Origin: a virus
DNA length: 64,000 nt
Direction: 5' to 3' (one strand)
IMG/VR virus record: IMGVR_UViG_3300036715_002161
Span: 32,001-96,000 of that record
Part shown: positions 18,473 through 24,776 of the stretch, in pieces
Numbering within the stretch: the first letter of the stretch is position 1
Layout of the letters: each line of letters starts with the position of its first letter
The notes under the pieces: generated by a model
The model's input: the letters and a program-made list of their open reading frames with translations, nothing else
Told to the model about the DNA's origin: nothing
Database searches by the model: none
Program-made: the position numbers and the translations under genes

Positions 18473-18921
18473 GCTTCCAAATGCTGAAGCTCCAGATAAA
18501 AACGGTGATACTCGGCAATCCGCTCGACGTCCTTCGGGCGCACGCCCTTTAGTCGGCGAATGTCGCTGTTGTGGCGCAGGTCTGCCATCTTCACCATCAC
18601 TGCGTCAGGATTTGCTTTTACTCGTGCCTTGTAGTCGTCGTATGCCTCGCCATCAACCTTGGTGAGCGCCACGATGCCGGCAATTACGCGCTCGGAAAAA
18701 CCGTTGTAGCGCAGCGTTCCGACGCCATCCTCTACACGCTTAAATGTGTCTTCCACAAGGTCGTGCCCAAGGGCAATACACATCAGTTCCTCGTCGTCGG
18801 TCTTCAAGTAATGCATCACCTTCAGCGGGTGCAGGATGTACGGGTTTCCACCCTTGTCAAACTGGCCGTCATGTCGGTTTGTCGCCAGCACAAGCATTCT
18901 GGAAAGCTGCTCGCCTTTCAT
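18457..18921 (-). CDS. HD-domain protein, RelA/SpoT hydrolase-like (stand-alone)
   Basis: HDGQFDKGGNPYILHPLKVM...GHDLVEDT...VKMADLRHN. Confidence 0.8.
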   Translation of the reverse strand: MKGEQLSRMLVLATNRHDGQFDKGGNPYILHPLKVMHYLKTDDEELMCIALGHDLVEDTFKRVEDGVGTLRYNGFSERVIAGIVALTKVDGEAYDDYKARVKANPDAVMVKMADLRHNSDIRRLKGVRPKDVERIAEYHRFYLELQHLEAPNAG

Positions 18922-18953
18922 TTGTCGCCACCTTTCTCTGTAGTTGCCGCCGC

Positions 18954-19005
18954 ACCTAACAAGTCGTTGCAGGCGGCGGCCAGCCCTTTACCCCCTACGT
19001 TAGCG
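18954..19005 (+). repeat. hybrid attC-like site
   Basis: ACCTAAC-aagtcgttgcaggcg joined to cggccagccctttacc...GTTAGCG (right arm like 18138 site). Confidence 0.65.
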
Positions 19006-19353
19006 TCCATCATCTTCACGCATGATGTCGCCGTTGAGTTCGATCCGTTTACGGTCAAGCTGGCGGACTGTTTCGATCACATCGCTTGCCCAAAAAACCT
19101 CGGCCTGGGTGTACTTAGTGCCATATTCTCTGTTTATAATCTGAGCCTTGTACTCGGCAGCAAACCAAGACCGCCCAGCAAAGGTATATGCCACGGCAGC
19201 CAACCCGGCGGTAATCGCCAAAAGGAATCCGAGCACCCCAGCCATAGTGCCTATGCCGTCATAGGTTTCTCTGCTGTACCACATCAGTGCTACTGCAATA
19301 ACGCTAGCTGCAATAATTGCTACAAGTATTAAAATCATCTTTATCTCCTTCAA
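19000..19353 (-). CDS. membrane protein
   Basis: Two hydrophobic helices; stop lies in R' box. Confidence 0.6.
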   Translation of the reverse strand: MKEIKMILILVAIIAASVIAVALMWYSRETYDGIGTMAGVLGFLLAITAGLAAVAYTFAGRSWFAAEYKAQIINREYGTKYTQAEVFWASDVIETVRQLDRKRIELNGDIMREDDGR

Positions 19354-19359
19354 AGTTAT

Positions 19360-19422
19360 GCCTAACCCTACGTTAAACCCGGACTCCGCAAAAGCGCGTA
19401 TCCGATTAACTCTACGTTATGC
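19360..19422 (+). repeat. integron attC-like site (complete)
   Basis: GCCTAAC-cctacg-TTAAACCCGGAC...TCCGATTAAC-tctac-GTTATGC. Confidence 0.7.
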
Positions 19423-19626
19423 GTCACTTGGTGTATAATCTGCGTTAGGCGCCTTCCAGTTTTCATAATTAGCTCTTATGCGGTTGCATCGGTGACAATC
19501 GCACATAGCATCGTATGACTCATAGTTGCTAGTTGCTTTCAGGTAGGATATCCACTCGTGAACGGCAGCTAACCCGGCGTTCGAGCGCACGGGCAACGGC
19601 GCGGCTTCTTTTTCAGCTTCGTTCAT
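19417..19626 (-). CDS. hypothetical protein starting inside an attC loop
   Basis: N-terminus ...VRSNAGLAA from attC arm; stop lies in next R' box. Confidence 0.55.
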   Translation of the reverse strand: MNEAEKEAAPLPVRSNAGLAAVHEWISYLKATSNYESYDAMCDCHRCNRIRANYENWKAPNADYTPSDA

Positions 19627-19671
19627 GGTTTCTCCTCGCGCCGTTCCCCGGCGCTCAACTTTGCGTTAGGC
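19567..19671 (+). repeat. integron attC-like site (complete, long stem)
   Basis: AGCTAAC-ccggcg-TTCGAGCGCACGGGCAACGGCGCG...CGCGCCGTTCCCCGGCGCTCAA-ctttgc-GTTAGGC. Confidence 0.85.
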
Positions 19672-20048
19672 ATCACCTCCCACCAAGTCTGTGGAGCGTA
19701 TCTTTCAAGCGGGGAATCGAAGTCCCCCAAGTACAATTTGCCATCGTCGCCCTGCAAAACAGTGTGGTATTGGTCACGGTCATGTGAATTAAACAATGTG
19801 TCCCCTGCCTTGATTTCAGTTCCGTTCTTGTCTTGCATTGCGTCACTTGGTGTAAAACAAGTTGAACATACGCAGCACACGCAACATTCAATATCTGGCC
19901 GCTCGTTATCCTCAAAGCTTTTAACGTCTTGCTCGGTATACCCTGCGTCTTTCCCGTTTTCTGCACCCCAATAACCGCTCCCTCCATAATTATGATTGAT
20001 GCTAAGGCGTCCAATTCTTGTGCTTTTACAGTTAGGGCAAATTTGCAT
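19623..20048 (-). CDS. fusion of Cys-rich module and YopX-like DKNGTEIKAGD module
   Basis: N-half paralogous to 16066..16293; C-terminus PNAKLSAG from attC arm. Confidence 0.55.
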   Translation of the reverse strand: MQICPNCKSTRIGRLSINHNYGGSGYWGAENGKDAGYTEQDVKSFEDNERPDIECCVCCVCSTCFTPSDAMQDKNGTEIKAGDTLFNSHDRDQYHTVLQGDDGKLYLGDFDSPLERYAPQTWWEVMPNAKLSAGERREEKP

Positions 20049-20071
20049 AACTCTCTCCTATTTAACACCGT

Positions 20072-20099
20072 GCCTAACAAATCATTCCAGGCGTTATAC
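20072..20099 (+). repeat. collapsed attC-like site
   Basis: GCCTAAC-aaatcattccaggc-GTTATAC; gene stop lies in R'. Confidence 0.55.
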
Positions 20100-20471
20100 C
20101 TTGCCCAAAATATGAGACAGTGCCCAGTATTCTGGGTTGAAAAACGCCGCCACAATCCCCTGCGCTGATCCAATCACTACCACCTGAGTGGTAATAAAAT
20201 AAACAGCTGTTGCAATCCATGCCAAAACTGCGCCTTCGTGTTCCCATTCAGCTTCTGGGTATTTATTATATTCAGTCTTAGCTGGTTTTGTGGTTTTATC
20301 TTTAACAAACCGCATCAAGACAATTGCCAATATCACCATCACGATGTCCGTAACTAAATCAATGCCACCACTTATAGGCGCTTGGTGCAGCAAAACATCC
20401 CACAAATGCTGTGCTGTTGTTCCAAGCTTCTCGGCCAGTTTCTCAATCAGCGCTGTTGTTTTATCGTCCAT
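20094..20471 (-). CDS. phage membrane protein
   Basis: LAEKLGTTAQHLWDVL..QA...FFNPEYWAL motif, two TM helices. Confidence 0.65.
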   Translation of the reverse strand: MDDKTTALIEKLAEKLGTTAQHLWDVLLHQAPISGGIDLVTDIVMVILAIVLMRFVKDKTTKPAKTEYNKYPEAEWEHEGAVLAWIATAVYFITTQVVVIGSAQGIVAAFFNPEYWALSHILGKV

Positions 20472-20579
20472 CTTTATCTCCAGTTAAAAGGTATACAAAT
20501 CATTCTAGGTGACGGGCGAAAATCCGCCATCCTCTGAGTTAATGCTTGTTGCGTATCACGGATTAGCCTTTACAATTTT

Positions 20580-20786
20580 CTAGATTTCCCGCGCCGCATT
20601 AGCCCATGCTTCATCCTCAGTTCTGCCAAGTCCTAATAGTCTACGGGAGAATCTTTCTGGCCAATACCTCTCGTTAAGCCATTTTTTTTGGTCGGGGCTT
20701 ATGTACCATACACTCCATTCACCAGTGCTTTCATGCTCTATGCTGGCCTGAGGGTAGAGAATTAATACCTTGTCTTTACTATTCAC
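20580..20786 (-). CDS. hypothetical protein
   Basis: LGLGRTEDEAWANAA; coupled ORF. Confidence 0.55.
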   Translation of the reverse strand: MNSKDKVLILYPQASIEHESTGEWSVWYISPDQKKWLNERYWPERFSRRLLGLGRTEDEAWANAAREI

Positions 20787-21139
20787 TCTCGTCTCCGGTA
20801 GGCCTGAATATCATCCCGCATGAATGCATTCTGTAATACATAAAAGAAAAACCGAGACACAATTCCCAACCCGATTAATGCTACCCAGCTTTTAACTTCA
20901 AGGCCAAACCCAAAAGTCCACGCGGCAACGGCAATCGCAAGATCAATCGTGTATGTAACCCACGCCCTGAAGAATCTAAACGTATTACTCGGGGCTGGCG
21001 CTGAACCCAGCATCTCACTTTTTAGTTCAACACCAAACCTGGCAATCATTCCTGCCTGCCGCTCATTAAATCCTGCCGTCCGTGCTTCGGCATAGGTCCC
21101 AAATTTCACTGCATTCTCCTTACTTATACCAAAAACCAA
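20783..21139 (-). CDS. membrane hypothetical protein, first gene of the array (true start probably GTG near 21110)
   Basis: AAGGAG SD directly after promoter at 21123. Confidence 0.55.
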   Translation of the reverse strand: MVFGISKENAVKFGTYAEARTAGFNERQAGMIARFGVELKSEMLGSAPAPSNTFRFFRAWVTYTIDLAIAVAAWTFGFGLEVKSWVALIGLGIVSRFFFYVLQNAFMRDDIQAYRRRE

Positions 21140-21151
21140 GGTCTATGTTTA
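21123..21151 (-). promoter_or_regulatory. early promoter driving the small-ORF array: TAAACA-N17-(TGG)TATAAG
   Basis: Overlaps RT stop codon; matches the other early promoters. Confidence 0.65.
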
Positions 21152-22120
21152 AAACTCTGGTAACTCTACTATTTCTGGGTTAAGTGCGTCCTTCAACTTA
21201 TCAAATAAGGGCTCTGCTCCCTGCGGATTCAATTGGTTAAACCACCCCAACCTTCCCGTTAGGTAGTTTTTAAACTCTCCAGAGGTCATACTATTCTTGA
21301 CCGCCTCAGGTTCAAGTCCATAAAGACTTACGTTGTGAACCATGGCCCGAAGCTTTTTACGCTCATGTCTGATCAGATTAGTTTTCTGATTTACTACTAC
21401 CCCACATACATAGTGTCGATTCTTTTTGGTCATAACCTTGGTTTTGGCATTATTAATCTTAAAGCCAAAAGTGGTCAAGGTCTGTTTAATAAAAGCCAAG
21501 ACCTCGCCTATTTCCATTCTCCCAGTGGAGGAAATAGTAATGTCATCGGCATAGATCGTCAAGGTAAGATCTCTTTCTCTACAGTACGATTCTAAGATGG
21601 GGCCAAAAGTCTTAGCTATTACCAGGTTACTAATCTTAGGGCTTGTAATGGCTCCTTGTGGGACAAAGAATTTATAAGTACAAAGTTCAGAAATCAGTCT
21701 TGCTGGTTTAGGACCAAATCCATCATCAGTAAAGATTTTCATCAAATGGTCTTGATGTATACTGGTAAAGAAGTCATTAAGATCGACGCTTACTACTACG
21801 CTTTTGCCCACATGACTCTGAGCCATCTTAGGTATAGATCTGGCCTTTTCAAAAGCATGAATATATCCAGGTATATCATAAGTACTCAAGACTCTGCTAA
21901 GTAGTCTATATTGAACTAATCTCATTTGCCCAGAAGGATTGTAGATATTCCTAAAGCCTCCAGATCTTTTAGGAATCCGAAAGAAGCTGTAATGTTCTAA
22001 TTTGTTCAGACCAAGCCAAGTCAGCCTCCGAGCATTCCCCACTTCCAATATCTGAGATAATTCCAGGTTTGTCTCTGGTCGCACGAACGGGGGTGGAGGT
22101 AACTGCATTTGATCCGACAT
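21149..22120 (-). CDS. retron-type reverse transcriptase
   Basis: IPKRSGGFRNI, MAQSH (NAxxH-like), VDLNDFFTSI, VPQGAITSPKISN, YADD, VCG (VTG-like); AAGGA SD before ATG 22120. Confidence 0.92.
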   Translation of the reverse strand: MSDQMQLPPPPFVRPETNLELSQILEVGNARRLTWLGLNKLEHYSFFRIPKRSGGFRNIYNPSGQMRLVQYRLLSRVLSTYDIPGYIHAFEKARSIPKMAQSHVGKSVVVSVDLNDFFTSIHQDHLMKIFTDDGFGPKPARLISELCTYKFFVPQGAITSPKISNLVIAKTFGPILESYCRERDLTLTIYADDITISSTGRMEIGEVLAFIKQTLTTFGFKINNAKTKVMTKKNRHYVCGVVVNQKTNLIRHERKKLRAMVHNVSLYGLEPEAVKNSMTSGEFKNYLTGRLGWFNQLNPQGAEPLFDKLKDALNPEIVELPEF

Positions 22121-22377
22121 AAACTTTCCTTTTAAGTAATTGTAATCCAGAGGCTGGGTATAGTTTTTTGTTATAAGATAAAAAACCATTTTTAAGAACA
22201 GAGGGGGTCATATCTAAATGAACAAATAATCTAGACTCTACCCCTATAACTACTCGGAAATAATCCCAGGCCTCATCCTGCTGATTAAAAATGGCGAAAG
22301 TATTCTTTTTGTATACAAGATCTGGGCTTTGACCTTTATATCCTTTCGGATGGATGGCCGTTTCAACCGTCATAAGA

Positions 22378-22920
22378 CTATCCTCTAAGTTTATATATTG
22401 ATATTAAATTCTCTGCCTGGGCACGAGCATCTGACCCGGCATGATGGGCTAACATTGGTCTTGTATGTATCCAACCTCTGGCCAGGTTGGAATCTTTAAA
22501 CTCAGCCAAGACCGTGCGATAGCATCTGTTGTTTCTAAAAGACCAAGGTACAGAGTAATTAATACTAGTGTAGGCATTGGCCAAAATTACATTATCAAAA
22601 TCAGACCCATTACCCCAAACTTTAATCTCTGAGCTGGAGCTATAAGAGAAGAAAAACTCAGAGAAATCGGCCAAGGCATCAGGCAGGCTTACTCCATGCT
22701 TGAATTCCGCCCTAGCGGCATCGGACTGTTCTAACCACCAAAGAACAGTGTCTGCATCCATTGTTCCACCACACTCTACGGAACTAATCAGGCTAACCTT
22801 CCTATAAAAATCCATTCCTATGGTAAAATTCTTCAGGTCTACCTCTATTGCTCCGATTGCAGTGATTGCAGCATTCGGGCCAGTGCCCATTGTTTCTAAG
22901 TCTAGTACTAGGTTTTTCAT
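22378..22920 (-). CDS. DEDDh 3'-5' exonuclease (DUF5051/RNase AS-like)
   Basis: LDLETMG...WGNGSDFDNVIL...RCYRT...HHAGSDA. Confidence 0.85.
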   Translation of the reverse strand: MKNLVLDLETMGTGPNAAITAIGAIEVDLKNFTIGMDFYRKVSLISSVECGGTMDADTVLWWLEQSDAARAEFKHGVSLPDALADFSEFFFSYSSSSEIKVWGNGSDFDNVILANAYTSINYSVPWSFRNNRCYRTVLAEFKDSNLARGWIHTRPMLAHHAGSDARAQAENLISIYKLRG

Positions 22921-23051
22921 ACTGCTACCTTACGGTCTTCAAAAAGCTTTTCTAAGAGGCCAGCACCAAATGTACAGATTTGAGCTATTAGAGAAGCTAT
23001 TTGAATGATTACTTTGAAAGATGAATAAACTGACTGTAAAAAGACCCACAT
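22917..23051 (-). CDS. 44-aa small protein (MWVFLQSVYSSFKVIIQ...)
   Basis: Read manually; AAGGA SD; ATGA overlap with exonuclease start. Confidence 0.5.
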   Translation of the reverse strand: MWVFLQSVYSSFKVIIQIASLIAQICTFGAGLLEKLFEDRKVAV

Positions 23052-23115
23052 ATAATATTCCTTAGAGTTGAAAAAAAAGAGGTACGAGTTTGGCTAGCAT
23101 AACGTCCTCAAAATG

Positions 23116-23143
23116 CTTATACCAAAAAAACTTGAAATGTCTA
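23116..23143 (-). promoter_or_regulatory. early promoter TAGACA-N16-(TGG)TATAAG
   Basis: Shared motif; faces exonuclease/RT operon. Confidence 0.65.
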
Positions 23144-23154
23144 GGTACCCCTTT

Positions 23155-23670
23155 TTAGGTTTGTCAAAGCCCTTTTCCAAACTTTTCGTTTGAAATCAAG
23201 TACTTACCTTCCCAACTGACAAACTGACAAACTTTCTTGAAAAAAATGCCCCCACCTCTATATAAAAAGCTCTATTAGAACGAAAGTATGACAACCTCTA
23301 TATATATATATAATATAATATAATATAATATATATATATAGAACAAGGGGTTAGCTCTTTTTTGTAGAGACCCAGGCTTTTCCTTTTATAGAGGTTGGCA
23401 AATAATTTTATGCTGTAGACAGAAAAGATGTGCCATTTTCACGAAAAGTTTTGTCAGTTTGTCAATAATGGGGTTAAGTGCTTGATTTTAAAAAGAAATC
23501 CAACTGACAAAACTATTTTCCCATTTGTCAATAACTGACAAAGTATAGATAACTCTTTGTTTTAATTAACTTTTTTAATTTGTCCATTTTGTCAATAAAA
23601 TCCAAAAATTGACAAACTGACAAAATGCCTCTGACAGACTTTTGGAGTTTTGTCAGTAATTTGTCATAGA
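23155..23670. repeat. non-coding palindromic region with TGACAAA iterons and AT-only core; candidate replication origin or packaging site
   Basis: About a dozen TGACAAA/TTTGTCA copies; inverted arms 23189-23236 and 23443-23491; A/T-only core 23299-23340; located at the divergent strand switch. Confidence 0.6.
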
Positions 23671-23683
23671 CTAAAATAATGCA

Positions 23684-24088
23684 ATGACTGATGTATTGCT
23701 TACCCGACAACTTCACCAGGCCGACAGGGCCGGTAGACACTACGACTACCGAATTGTAATTGGTGACAAGGCCTTGTCTTGGGCCACTAAAAAAGAAATG
23801 CCCGACCCAGGGAAATCCATTGTCTTATGGGAACAACCGGTTCATACTGCCTCTTATGCTCTTACAGAGAATCTGGTAATTCCCAAGGGTAACTACGGAG
23901 CTGGTACTACAGAGCTCCAGTTTGTAAGAAAGGCTACTATGGAAGACCACGGTAAGGATACTTATACTTTGAATGTCAAAGATGGGTCTAGATTTTTGTT
24001 GAAGAAGATACCAGCCTACGGAGAAACGGCCTGGCTGTTTAAAAATATGCCTAATAAATACTTAGAGAAGCTATCTCACTATGCGTAA
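23684..24088 (+). CDS. LigD 3'-phosphoesterase-like domain protein
   Basis: QLHQADRAGRHYDYRI...SWA...H..SY...IPKGNYGAG. Confidence 0.75.
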   Translation: MTDVLLTRQLHQADRAGRHYDYRIVIGDKALSWATKKEMPDPGKSIVLWEQPVHTASYALTENLVIPKGNYGAGTTELQFVRKATMEDHGKDTYTLNVKDGSRFLLKKIPAYGETAWLFKNMPNKYLEKLSHYA

Positions 24089-24776
24089 ATCCAGAAGACC
24101 AAAAACCTCCTTGAGAGAGTCACCCTATTCACTACCAGAACAGGCATATCATAGAGAGCCTGAACCGATAAGACCTAAGACGGCAAACCAGGATAGATAC
24201 ATCAAAGCAATCAAGACGGGTAAGGTAATCTTTGGTACCGGCTCTGCCGGGTCTGGTAAAAGCTTTATTGCAGCCTCCATGGCTGCCGATATGATTCGTA
24301 ACGGGGAATTCAGCAAGTTACTGATCATTCGACCAGCAGTAGGGGCCCAGGAGGACCTTGGATTTATACCCGGGGAATTGGAAGAGAAGTATGCCCCTTA
24401 TATTTTCCCAATTAAGGAAATCCTATACGAACGGCTGGGCAAGAGCCAGACAGATTATATGCTTAAGGTTGGTAAGATTGAAGGTGCCCCGATTGCCTTC
24501 CTTAGAGGTAGGACTTTTAAGGATTGTGTCGTCCTTGTGGATGAAGCTCAGAATATTACTCCCGGACAGATGAAACTAATACTTACTCGTATCGGAGAAA
24601 ACTGCAAAATGATTATTACTGGTGACTCAAGCCAAAGGGATCTGACTGGCAAGTCAGGATTAAATGATGCCATAGAAAAGATTGGCTGGATTCCTCAGGT
24701 TAAGGTAGTTACCTTTACGGCTGCTGATGTTGTCCGGTCTGGTATTTGTGGAGATATTGTTTCCAGCTATGAATAA
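24081..24776 (+). CDS. phoH: PhoH family ATPase
   Basis: PKTANQ, GSAGSGKS, LGFIPGELEEK, FLRGRTF, DEAQN, LTRIGE, GDSSQRD. Confidence 0.95.
   Translation: MRKSRRPKTSLRESPYSLPEQAYHREPEPIRPKTANQDRYIKAIKTGKVIFGTGSAGSGKSFIAASMAADMIRNGEFSKLLIIRPAVGAQEDLGFIPGELEEKYAPYIFPIKEILYERLGKSQTDYMLKVGKIEGAPIAFLRGRTFKDCVVLVDEAQNITPGQMKLILTRIGENCKMIITGDSSQRDLTGKSGLNDAIEKIGWIPQVKVVTFTAADVVRSGICGDIVSSYE

Noticed and set aside
21149-22120. RT as part of a DGR or group II intron
   Set aside because: Motifs are retron-like; no template/variable repeat pair differing only at adenines, no Avd-like gene, and no maturase domain or intron domain V seen
21969-22373. 134-aa ORF as a confident RT partner protein
   Set aside because: Overlaps the RT by ~150 nt in another frame and has no recognisable motif; kept only as an uncertain region
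5713-22830. Numerous + strand ORFs in the array (e.g. 18571..19332, 9418..9801)
   Set aside because: Antisense shadows of tightly packed, SD-bearing - strand genes; no motifs
5029-23100. Complete integron (intI/attI)
   Set aside because: No tyrosine recombinase motifs in any ORF of the window; no attI could be identified
23155-23670. CRISPR array
   Set aside because: Repeats are 7-15 bp, in both orientations and irregularly spaced; no repeat-spacer periodicity and no cas genes
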